A stretch of DNA of 64,000 nt from Bacteroidia bacterium. GTDB lineage: Bacteria > Bacteroidota > Bacteroidia > Bacteroidales > GWA2-32-17. Made by a program: the position numbers and the translations under genes. This document shows positions 19,242-28,309 of this stretch, one piece after another (the stretch's first letter is position 1; each line of letters starts with the position of its first letter). A model generated the notes under the pieces. That model was given only the letters and a program-made list of their open reading frames with translations. It did not search any database and had not been told where the DNA came from. The stretch covers positions 15,064-79,063 of the forward strand of contig JACREQ010000012.1 in assembly GCA_016218155.1 (NCBI GenBank), written 5' to 3'.

Positions 19242-20057
19242 TTATTGTGTTATGTTAAAATTTTCTTTTAACCAGTTTTTTAAATTGTTTTCTTCCGGTT
19301 TTCCATAAAAATCATTAATGTATGCCGAAACTTCATTTACTTTATCCTTATAAGGCTTATCTTTCATTTGTTCTAAAATTATTTTCACTTCTGTTTTTAG
19401 TATTTCAAAATCTGGAAATATAGGAGTAAAAATGCAAATAGGAGTCGACACATACTTTTCTCCTTCTTCCATGTACATTAATTTCATTTCGGTTATTTCT
19501 GGATTTGGAATCTGTTTTCCGTCAATTGTAAGTAATTCATCTTTATTAATAATTAATGTGTCAACATTGAATCCTAATTTTTTATTTATTGTTTCATTTT
19601 TATAGTTGTATCTTATATAAAAATATTTTTTATCATTCATTGGAAAAGCAGCTGGGTTAATCTTGATTTTTATTTTATCAAAGATTACATAATTTCCTTC
19701 AAAATAATTTTTTAAATCATTAATATTAAGGATAAACGAGCCGGCCCTTGCACTAATGTTTCCTGTTGCAGGTAGGAAATTTGATTTAGAGTTTTTAAAT
19801 TCTGACACATTGTTAGAAGTTAATAAAAACCTTCCGCGCTTAGGGTTAATAACTGCAGCACGTGAATCGGTACTTTTAAATAGCAAATCTTCATTTTGTC
19901 CGAATGCTGTTCCAATGCCCAATGCCGAACCCGTACTTTGAATAACAATATTCCCAGTAACTTTAATTACAGTAAATTTATCCTGAGCAATTACTCCGGA
20001 TATTTGAATATTCAGAATGAAAATTAAGATAATAGAAATTATCGTTTTATTTTTCAT
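19242..20057 (-). CDS. Exported hypothetical protein, first gene of the CHAT/SpoIIE operon
   Basis: Start moved to the ATG at 20057, giving signal peptide MKNKTIISIILIFILNIQISGVIA-QD; 20-nt gap to the next gene. Confidence 0.75.
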   Translation of the reverse strand: MKNKTIISIILIFILNIQISGVIAQDKFTVIKVTGNIVIQSTGSALGIGTAFGQNEDLLFKSTDSRAAVINPKRGRFLLTSNNVSEFKNSKSNFLPATGNISARAGSFILNINDLKNYFEGNYVIFDKIKIKINPAAFPMNDKKYFYIRYNYKNETINKKLGFNVDTLIINKDELLTIDGKQIPNPEITEMKLMYMEEGEKYVSTPICIFTPIFPDFEILKTEVKIILEQMKDKPYKDKVNEVSAYINDFYGKPEENNLKNWLKENFNITQ

Positions 20058-20183
20058 AAGTTGTTTACTTTTAAGATTGTTGTACAAATTAAATAAAAAT
20101 ATCAATAACTCAATAATTATTTTCGATTTATATTAATTGTGGTGTTTATATTTTAGTTCATCAATAAATATGCTCAAATTTTG

Positions 20184-20191
20184 TACTTTTG
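20184..20191 (+). promoter_or_regulatory. Putative -7 promoter box for the glycosyltransferase-flippase pair
   Basis: TACTTTTG 30 nt upstream of the TTG start. Confidence 0.5.
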
Positions 20192-20221
20192 ATTTTGAAA
20201 ATTTATATTTATTTTTAATAG

Positions 20222-21340
20222 TTGGCAAAACGACTTCATATAGTGTCATTTAATATACCTTATCCGCCAGATTACGGAGGAGTGATTGATGTATATTATA
20301 AAATTAAAGCATTATATGATCAGGGTGTTGAAGTTATTCTTCATTGTTTTGAATATGGTAGAGAGCATTCTGAAATTCTTAATGATATTTGTTTTGAGGT
20401 AAATTATTATGAACGTCCAAAAGACTGGCATTATACATTAAAAGCTTTACCATATATTGTATCTACAAGAAATGCTTCTGAGTTAAAAACTAGATTACTT
20501 ATTGATAATTTTCCAATTCTGTTTGAAGGATTGCATTCAACATTTTTTCTTCCTGATTTGATTTCTCGGAACAGAAATATAATTGTAAGAACTCATAATA
20601 TTGAGCATGAGTATTACAAAAGTCTTGCAAATGCAGAATCAAATATCTTTAAGAAAATGTTTTTTAATTTTGAGGCTAAAAAATTAAAGAATTACGAAAT
20701 AATTTTACGGTCTGCAAATCACATTGCAGCTATTTCTCCTTCCGATAAAGAGTATTTTAGCTATAAGTATGGTCATTCTGTTTTAATTCCTGCTTTTCAT
20801 CCACATGAAAATGTACAGATTATTGATGGCAAAGGTGAATATGCTCTTTTTCATGGCGATCTTTCTGTTTCCGATAATATAAAAAGTGCATTGTTTTTAA
20901 TTAATGAAGTTTTTGATTCGGTAAATATTCCTTTTATTATTGCTGGAAAGAACCCTGATAAGAAAATATTTTCGTCAATAAACGATAAAAAGCATATTAA
21001 GTTAGTTTCTAACCCGGATGAATCTAAAATGAATGATTTACTAACTAATGCACATGTAAATATTTTAACTACATATCATGGTTCAGGAATAAAATTGAAA
21101 CTACTTTCTGCACTTTATAAAGGCAGACATTGTCTGGTAAATAAGCTAATGGTAGAAAATACAGGTTTAGAAGGTTTGTGTCATATTGCGTCAAATTCAT
21201 CAGAGTTCAAAAATCAGTTAAATAATTTATTTAACATTTCTTTTGATATTGACGAAATAGGGCATCGTAAAGGGATATTGAACAATCTTTTTAATGTAAA
21301 CTGCAATGTCGAGAAATTAATAGCAATAATTTTTCCATAA
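20222..21340 (+). CDS. GT-B fold glycosyltransferase (GT4-like)
   Basis: PYPPDYGG, RTHNIEHEYY, FHGDLS, GSGIKLKLLSAL motifs. Confidence 0.8.
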   Translation: MAKRLHIVSFNIPYPPDYGGVIDVYYKIKALYDQGVEVILHCFEYGREHSEILNDICFEVNYYERPKDWHYTLKALPYIVSTRNASELKTRLLIDNFPILFEGLHSTFFLPDLISRNRNIIVRTHNIEHEYYKSLANAESNIFKKMFFNFEAKKLKNYEIILRSANHIAAISPSDKEYFSYKYGHSVLIPAFHPHENVQIIDGKGEYALFHGDLSVSDNIKSALFLINEVFDSVNIPFIIAGKNPDKKIFSSINDKKHIKLVSNPDESKMNDLLTNAHVNILTTYHGSGIKLKLLSALYKGRHCLVNKLMVENTGLEGLCHIASNSSEFKNQLNNLFNISFDIDEIGHRKGILNNLFNVNCNVEKLIAIIFP

Positions 21341-21394
21341 TTAATTCGTTAACCTACATTATTTATAAATATTTTTGTTTAAAAAATTATTGTT

Positions 21395-22876
21395 TTGGGA
21401 GTAATTAGAGCACAAACTATAAAGGGTACAGCTTTTACATATTTAGGTGCTGTATTGGGTATTGTTACAAATCTTTTTTTGCTTGCAGAGTATTTTACTA
21501 CAGAAGAAGTTGGTTTGTTAAGTTTACTTGTTGCTTATTCATTGTTATTTGCTCAGTTTGCCAGTCTTGGTTTTGATTACGTGACACTTAGACTATTTCC
21601 ATATTTTAGAAATGAATCAAATAAGCATAATGGTTTTTTGTTTATATTAATTTCAACATTATCTGTAGGAATGATATTATCTACAATATTATTTCTTATT
21701 CTTAAACCATTTATGGTGGAAAATTTGGCTGAGACTACAAGCTTGTTCTCGCAATATGTATATTTTGTTATACCACTTACTTTTTTTACACTAATTTTTA
21801 GTTCATTTGATTCATATTCAAGAGTTTTATTTAAGAGTGTAAGAGGAACTTTTTTAAAAGAGTTTTTACAGCGATTGTTGATAGTTTTTGCAATATTATT
21901 ATATGTTTTACATTTTTTGAATTTTAAGGATTTTGTTCTGGCTTATGTTATTGCATTGTCTTTGCCAACATTGATATTAGTTATATTAGTTCTTAACGAC
22001 AGACAACTGAGCTTTAAAAGAGTCAAAGGATTTGTAACTCCGGAATTAAAAAGGAGTATGATAAGTGTAAGTTTATTTGGAATAATAGCTATGTTTTCAA
22101 GTTCTGTAATTCTTAGTGTTGATAGAATAATGATTGAAAGAATGGTTGGATTATCTGAAGTTGGAATATATTCGATTGCATTCTTTTTTGGTGTAGTAAT
22201 TACTATGCCATCAAGATCTCTTGCCAAAATATCGTCAACAGTTGTAGCAGAAGCATGGAAAACTAACGATTTAAATACAGTTAAAGATGTTTATTATAAA
22301 AGTTGTTTAAATCAAATGATTTTTTCTGCATTACTTTTAATTGGTATATGGGCAAATATCGATAACATCTTTCGCATTCTAGATGATAAATATATAGTCG
22401 GAAAATTTGTTATTTTATGGGTTTGTATAGGTAGTTTTATAGATATGTCAACAGGTGTTAATACTATGATAATTTCTACATCTAAATACTATAAAGCTCA
22501 GAGCTTGTTTATGGCTATATTTGTGTTAATTGTTATTGTAACAAATTACATATTTATTCCTATTTATGGTATAACAGGTGCCGGAATTGCCAATGCTATT
22601 TCGTTGTTTATCTTTAATTTAATGAGATGGATATTTTTATGGAATAAGTATGAATTTCAGCCATTTAATTATAAATATCTTTTAATACTTTTATTTGCTG
22701 CAATAGCATATGTTCCGGGATATTACATGCCAGAAATGAAATCTTTTATTGTTGATATTATTATCAGAAGTGGAATTATTTTTATTGTTTTTAGTTTGTT
22801 TATTTATTTCTCAAAAGTTAGTGAGGATATTAATAATAGAGTAAATACATATTTGTCTTTTATTTTTAAAAAGTAG
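21395..22876 (+). CDS. Oligosaccharide flippase (Wzx/MOP superfamily)
   Basis: About 12-14 TM segments, DRIMI, VGIYS and FIPIYGITGAGIA motifs. Confidence 0.85.
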   Translation: MGVIRAQTIKGTAFTYLGAVLGIVTNLFLLAEYFTTEEVGLLSLLVAYSLLFAQFASLGFDYVTLRLFPYFRNESNKHNGFLFILISTLSVGMILSTILFLILKPFMVENLAETTSLFSQYVYFVIPLTFFTLIFSSFDSYSRVLFKSVRGTFLKEFLQRLLIVFAILLYVLHFLNFKDFVLAYVIALSLPTLILVILVLNDRQLSFKRVKGFVTPELKRSMISVSLFGIIAMFSSSVILSVDRIMIERMVGLSEVGIYSIAFFFGVVITMPSRSLAKISSTVVAEAWKTNDLNTVKDVYYKSCLNQMIFSALLLIGIWANIDNIFRILDDKYIVGKFVILWVCIGSFIDMSTGVNTMIISTSKYYKAQSLFMAIFVLIVIVTNYIFIPIYGITGAGIANAISLFIFNLMRWIFLWNKYEFQPFNYKYLLILLFAAIAYVPGYYMPEMKSFIVDIIIRSGIIFIVFSLFIYFSKVSEDINNRVNTYLSFIFKK

Positions 22877-23000
22877 TGTTCTCTATTCTTTGTTCCCAAT
22901 TAACTTTCGCCATAGTTTTTTATGAGGATGAATAAATTTATTTTGCATTTGCTATACTTTTTATAAATTTGTTTAACTTTACTTATAATTAGTTATAAAA

Positions 23001-23462
23001 ATGAAAATTAGATTTTTATATTTTATTTTAATATTGGTTGTATTTTTAGGATGCAAAAAAGATAAAAATATAGATGATAATATAGAAGATAATTTAGAAG
23101 ATAATGAGATTATTATTCAAACTGATTATCGTGATAAAGTTGTAGGATATTATAGTTGTTCATATAACTCTGATTCATATAATATGTCAGGATCATCCTA
23201 TTATAATGGATTTGATACAATTCATGTTATTAAAGATTCAGTTTCTCCACAATTGATACATTTTTTAATTGATAACCATGATCTTTGGCCTCTTGGAAAA
23301 GTACTTAATTCTGATTATAGCTTAGTTGGTTATGGTAAAAGCTGGGATTATTTTTCAGGTAGTTTTACTTTAGGAGATTCTTCTATTACTCTTCACTTAA
23401 GTTATGGAGGTCAAAGCCCAGGAGGCAGTTGGAATACTCATCGTAATGGGGTTAAATTCTAA
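23001..23462 (+). CDS. Hypothetical lipoprotein
   Basis: Lipobox FLGC followed by KKDK and an acidic stretch; DYRDKVVGYY. Confidence 0.7.
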   Translation: MKIRFLYFILILVVFLGCKKDKNIDDNIEDNLEDNEIIIQTDYRDKVVGYYSCSYNSDSYNMSGSSYYNGFDTIHVIKDSVSPQLIHFLIDNHDLWPLGKVLNSDYSLVGYGKSWDYFSGSFTLGDSSITLHLSYGGQSPGGSWNTHRNGVKF

Positions 23463-23501
23463 CATTATTTTGTTAAAGTTTCAAAGTATTAGGAAGTAAT
23501 T

Positions 23502-24224
23502 TTAACTAAATACTTCTGTCAATACCTCAAGCGATTTGACATCCATATTAGTCCCGGTGTGCAATGTATAGTAATTTAACAAAGCTCCTATAAATTTTCT
23601 TCGTTGTGTACTGTTCAATGAGATTTTCCAGTATTCTTCATTTTCAATAGTCATAAATTGAAATAATATTTCTGAAAATTCAGAATTTATAGTTTGTGAA
23701 CCTGATTGAAACTCTACAAAATTTGCATTAAGTAAATCAAAATATTTATAGGTAATACTATAATTGTTTACCGGATAAAAACCTAAGAAATGCGATAATC
23801 CCAATAGAAAATGAATATGGAAATTTGCTGAAGTATTTGTTTCATTATCCAATTTGTATATCATATTTTCTAAAAAATCATACAGTTGTTCGTCGGTATT
23901 CTGATAACGTACTGCTTTGTTTAATATCTCTGCAAGAAACATTGCTATTGCAAGTTTTGTATGATCTTCTCTTAGCTTATTTAAAGAATTTTTTAAATTA
24001 ACTTCTTTAATGGGGTGTATTTCCTTTTTTTGATTGTAAAAAATTTCTGCATTTATAACAAAGAAAGGGTGAAAAAATGATGGTGAAAATTTCGAGCTTT
24101 TACTACGTAACCCTTTTGCAATACACGAAATTCTTCCACGTTCACGTGTAAAAAGTTGTATAATAAAAGAATTATCAGAATACTTAATTGTTCTTAATAC
24201 AATGCCTTCAACTTTTTCAACCAC
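23502..24224 (-). CDS. recO: DNA repair protein RecO
   Basis: EGIVLRTIKYSDNS..FTRERG OB-fold start; LGFYP; KSLEVL.EVF end. Confidence 0.92.
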   Translation of the reverse strand: MVEKVEGIVLRTIKYSDNSFIIQLFTRERGRISCIAKGLRSKSSKFSPSFFHPFFVINAEIFYNQKKEIHPIKEVNLKNSLNKLREDHTKLAIAMFLAEILNKAVRYQNTDEQLYDFLENMIYKLDNETNTSANFHIHFLLGLSHFLGFYPVNNYSITYKYFDLLNANFVEFQSGSQTINSEFSEILFQFMTIENEEYWKISLNSTQRRKFIGALLNYYTLHTGTNMDVKSLEVLTEVFS

Positions 24225-24236
24225 AAATGATCTTTC

Positions 24237-24956
24237 TTATTTTTTAAACATTGCCCTGAAAATATATGGAAGCATGCCAATAAGTAACACAAAAACCATG
24301 ATTAGCATTCCACCACCATGATGTGAATTATTGCCACCTGCTCCAATACCGCTAAGCATTGTGTATGCATGGAATGATAAACCGCAAATTACAACAACTA
24401 TACCTGCTATTGCTGTTAAAAATGCAATTAATTTACTTGTGCTTCGTGAGTAATAAATCTCTTCTTTTATTTCGGTAATTGTTTTTGAAGGATCATTTGG
24501 GTCCTGGCGTGTATTTGTAGTTTTTAATACTTCTGGAGCCTTTGAAGATAAAGCATCAGAAAGTTTGAAGTTTTCACGACGTAGCCAGAAAAAGAATATG
24601 ATAAAAACAAATAGGAACAATATAACCGGCATAAGAGCAAATATTTTTTTTGTATGTGTCATTGGGTATAAACGATGAGTTGCCTTAAGTTTTTTCTTTC
24701 CGTGTTTATCTTTTTTTATGAATTGCATATGTTTTTTGCAACTGTTACCACAGTTTTCATTAAACATTTCTTTGCCACCACACATAGGACCGTCACTTTC
24801 AATCTCAATATTTTCTTGTTCACCATCATCGGTCATGATGATAATTCTTTTTTCAATCTTTTTAATCTGTTTGCTTGATGTGTCCTTGTTAGTCTGACTA
24901 AAGCCAGCGAATGTTAAGAATACAAGTGTTAAAAGAAGAACAGTAATTTTTTTCAT
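24237..24956 (-). CDS. Hypothetical membrane protein (signal peptide, charged linker, 3 TM)
   Basis: Signal peptide, Cys/His/Lys-rich linker, three hydrophobic helices around LSDALS and STSKLIAFL. Confidence 0.7.
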   Translation of the reverse strand: MKKITVLLLTLVFLTFAGFSQTNKDTSSKQIKKIEKRIIIMTDDGEQENIEIESDGPMCGGKEMFNENCGNSCKKHMQFIKKDKHGKKKLKATHRLYPMTHTKKIFALMPVILFLFVFIIFFFWLRRENFKLSDALSSKAPEVLKTTNTRQDPNDPSKTITEIKEEIYYSRSTSKLIAFLTAIAGIVVVICGLSFHAYTMLSGIGAGGNNSHHGGGMLIMVFVLLIGMLPYIFRAMFKK

Positions 24957-25061
24957 AGTTGTAATATTTAAAAAATGTTGTTGAGTTAAAGGTATGAAAA
25001 AAATAATAACAGCAATATTTTATTTCTGAATTTATTCAATACTTTTATGAAAAAATGAGAT

Positions 25062-26474
25062 TTGGAATTAATGAGGAGAACTAATGTCTCAATAATAGTA
25101 ATAGCAATAATATATTTGTTGTTACATTTTATCTTTGTTTTCTGGAAACGTCCAATGGATGTTATTGCTTCTGATACTAAAGAATACTATGCTTTTCTGC
25201 CAGCCTTTTTAATTAATCATGATCTTACATTAAAATACATTGAGCAAAATCCTGAATTTTATGCAGATAAAATCAGGTCAAGAAACAAACTCGAAAACGG
25301 AAATTATGTAATTAAAACTACAATGGGACTTTCGTTTATGTATTTACCATTTTTTGCTTTAGCACATGTTAGTACTTATTTTAGCGAATATGCATCTGAT
25401 GGTTATACTCGCCCATATGGAATAGCATTGGTATTTGCTTCATTAACTTATTTTTTTCTGGGATTGTTTGTATTAAAGAAAACTCTTAGTCTGTATTTTA
25501 ATAATAAAGTAATTGGCTGGGTGTTATTTTTAATTGCTTTTGGTACAAATATTACTAATTACCTTACTGCTGAAGCCGCATATTCACATAGCTTTAGTTT
25601 TGCTTTATTCTCGTTTTTTATATGGAATACTATTAAATGGCATGACAATCCAAACTTTAAAAGATCAATATATTTAGGACTTTTATTGGGGTTAATTTCT
25701 TTAATAAGGCCTACAAATGGGTTAATTGTTCTTGTTTTTATTCTTTGGAATATAGATAGTTTGATTAATATAAAAGAAAGATTTTATTTATTTCTTAAAA
25801 ATTATTTTAAAATATTTGTCATATTGTTATTAATGATTTTAGTATGGCTTCCTCAATTATTTTATTGGAAATATGTAAGCGGAAACTGGTTGTTTTATTC
25901 TTATGATAATGAAGGTTTTTTCTTCTCAAATCCTCATTTTGTAGATGTTTTGGTTGGGTTTAGAAAGGGTTGGTTTATTTATACACCATTAATGTTTTTT
26001 GCAAGTATCGGCTTTGTCGTATTGTTTAATAATTATCGAAAACTCTTTTGGAATACATTTATTTTCTTCATAGTTAATATTTATATAATATCATCATGGT
26101 GGTGTTGGTGGTATGGTGGTTCATTTGGATTAAGACCATTTATTGACTCATACGCATTAATGGCAATTCCTTTAGCTGCAATAGTTTCATTTGTGTTACA
26201 AAGAAAGAATATATTGAAATTGTTTTTGCTCTCATTTGCTGTTTTGCTAATTGTTTTTAATTTGTTTCAGAATAAAAAATATTTTAATATGGCAATACAT
26301 TATGATTCTATGACACGTGAATCATTTTTTATAACATTATTTAAAGTAAATCCTACAGAGGAATTTGTAGATAAGTTGGAGACACCTGATTATGATAACG
26401 CAAGAAAAGGTATTCCTGAAAGAAAAATAAAATACATTACTGAAGATTATTTTAAACAAGTTTTTAAAGATTAA
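25062..26474 (+). CDS. GT-C-type integral membrane glycosyltransferase (putative)
   Basis: SDTKEYYAFLP, YSHSFSF, LIRPTN, RKGWFIYTP, WWCWWYGGSFGLRPF; many TM segments. Confidence 0.7.
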   Translation: MELMRRTNVSIIVIAIIYLLLHFIFVFWKRPMDVIASDTKEYYAFLPAFLINHDLTLKYIEQNPEFYADKIRSRNKLENGNYVIKTTMGLSFMYLPFFALAHVSTYFSEYASDGYTRPYGIALVFASLTYFFLGLFVLKKTLSLYFNNKVIGWVLFLIAFGTNITNYLTAEAAYSHSFSFALFSFFIWNTIKWHDNPNFKRSIYLGLLLGLISLIRPTNGLIVLVFILWNIDSLINIKERFYLFLKNYFKIFVILLLMILVWLPQLFYWKYVSGNWLFYSYDNEGFFFSNPHFVDVLVGFRKGWFIYTPLMFFASIGFVVLFNNYRKLFWNTFIFFIVNIYIISSWWCWWYGGSFGLRPFIDSYALMAIPLAAIVSFVLQRKNILKLFLLSFAVLLIVFNLFQNKKYFNMAIHYDSMTRESFFITLFKVNPTEEFVDKLETPDYDNARKGIPERKIKYITEDYFKQVFKD

Positions 26475-26480
26475 AAATAA

Positions 26481-27080
26481 ATGGAACCAAATTTTTGGAA
26501 CGAAAAATTCTCAGCAGAAGAATATATTTATGGTGTTGAGCCAAATGTTTATTTTAAACAATCAATTAATAAAATTAAACCCGGTAAAATTTTAGTTCCA
26601 GCAGCAGGTGAGGGGCGTGATGCTGTTTATGCTGCAAGTATAGGATGGGATGTGTTTGCTTTCGATATGAGTGAAGTTGGCAAAATAAAAGCAATGAAAT
26701 TAGCAGAATCAAAAAATGTGAAAATTCAATATGATTTGTATGATGTTAGACATTTTGAAATTAAACCTGATGAGTACGATGCTGTAGTTTTATCATATTT
26801 TCATTTGCCCGAAAATATCAGAAAAGAATTTTATTTAAAAATTATTTCGTCCTTAAAAAAAGGTGGAGTAATAATATTAGAAGCATTTACACCAAAACAG
26901 TTAAATAATACTTCGGGTGGACCAAAGGAAATTCAGCTTTTATTTAGCCCTGAGATGCTGCAAAAAGAATTTAATGGACTTAACCTCGTGGAAAATAAAG
27001 AGCATGAAATTATTCTTGATGAGGGTAAATTGCACAAAGGAAAAGCTATTGTTGTTAGGTTCTTAGCTGTGAAAGAATAA
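26481..27080 (+). CDS. Class I SAM-dependent methyltransferase (TehB/TPMT-like)
   Basis: FWNEKF..YIYG.EPN, AAGEGRDAVY, LKKGG.IILE, SGGP. Confidence 0.85.
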   Translation: MEPNFWNEKFSAEEYIYGVEPNVYFKQSINKIKPGKILVPAAGEGRDAVYAASIGWDVFAFDMSEVGKIKAMKLAESKNVKIQYDLYDVRHFEIKPDEYDAVVLSYFHLPENIRKEFYLKIISSLKKGGVIILEAFTPKQLNNTSGGPKEIQLLFSPEMLQKEFNGLNLVENKEHEIILDEGKLHKGKAIVVRFLAVKE

Positions 27081-27083
27081 AAA

Positions 27084-28250
27084 CTATTGTATTAATATTG
27101 ATTTTCTGCAAACATTCTGCCCGGAAATTAATTCGACAATATAATACCCCTTATTATTATTTCCAATATCTACTGGTATTTTAATAAATTCAGTATTCTT
27201 TGTTAATTGAGATTTAAAAATATCTTTACCCTCAATACTTATTATTCTTATTGTTATATCATCAAAATAGTTTGATGAATAATTAATTTCGAACTTGCCA
27301 TTAGATGCAGGATTTGGAAAAACTGATAGGTCATTTAAAAGCAAATTATTGTATGATTTAATTGAAGTGAAATTACAAGCTTCTGGAGCAGCATAGCTTA
27401 TGTAATATGTTAAAGTTGGCGCATCTGAAAATGTTGCAGTAATGGTATGCTGCAATCCATCAGAAGGAATGCTGTCGAGATGATAATTTAAAGGACTTGA
27501 TGAATTTGTAAAAGGTCCATCAATGGTTTGTGTTATACCACTCGGTTGATCAACAATTACAACAGAACCTGTCATAACAAAATTTCCTGCGTAAAAATAA
27601 AAAATTAAATTACCATTTACTGAGTATTGGTTTGTAAGTGGATTACATGGATTTGAATTATGGCTCATATCTATAATAGATGGACATTTGCAACCACAAT
27701 CAGTTGATCCTGCACCTGAATGCCCTATATTTGATTGTGTCATAACAATGTTACATGCCTGATTTGAATAATTGGTAATCATTAGAATATAATATTGACC
27801 TGTTTGAGTATTAGGAATATAACACCATTCCTGATATGAAGAATTGTAACCGCAATCAATCATATTACCTGCAGGATAATCAGGACTTGATAAAGAATCA
27901 TAATGTGAAGGTGTTGGACCAGTTGCAGTAAGTTGTGAAGTGCAGGGTGTAGTTTGAGAAGTGAATGGTCCCCAACAAACAAAATCAACATCATGTTGGG
28001 GAACAGTATGCATTTCTAATTGTATATTTCCAGATTGGTATATTAATAAATAGAACCACACAGGATTTGGTTCAGAACCTAAACAACCATAGTTTGGTCC
28101 CGATTGAGCTGAACCTTGGTTAACTCCTGCAGGAAAATTATATGTTGTTCCAGTACAAAAGGGATCAGAAAGATTACATAAATTGTTTTGGGAAAAGCTG
28201 TTAAAATATAATATATTTATTAACAGGATAATAGTAAATATTTTTTTCAT
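27084..28250 (-). CDS. T9SS type-A cargo protein, Cys-rich N-terminal domain
   Basis: Signal peptide, DPFCTG..GPNYGCL..PNPVWFY..DVDFVCWGPF, C-terminal VFPNPASNG...KGYYIVEL. Confidence 0.8.
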   Translation of the reverse strand: MKKIFTIILLINILYFNSFSQNNLCNLSDPFCTGTTYNFPAGVNQGSAQSGPNYGCLGSEPNPVWFYLLIYQSGNIQLEMHTVPQHDVDFVCWGPFTSQTTPCTSQLTATGPTPSHYDSLSSPDYPAGNMIDCGYNSSYQEWCYIPNTQTGQYYILMITNYSNQACNIVMTQSNIGHSGAGSTDCGCKCPSIIDMSHNSNPCNPLTNQYSVNGNLIFYFYAGNFVMTGSVVIVDQPSGITQTIDGPFTNSSSPLNYHLDSIPSDGLQHTITATFSDAPTLTYYISYAAPEACNFTSIKSYNNLLLNDLSVFPNPASNGKFEINYSSNYFDDITIRIISIEGKDIFKSQLTKNTEFIKIPVDIGNNNKGYYIVELISGQNVCRKSILIQ

Positions 28251-28309
28251 AAATAATAGTCTTAATATAATTAAGACAAATTAGAATAGAATTTCGTTGC
28301 CCGAAATAA

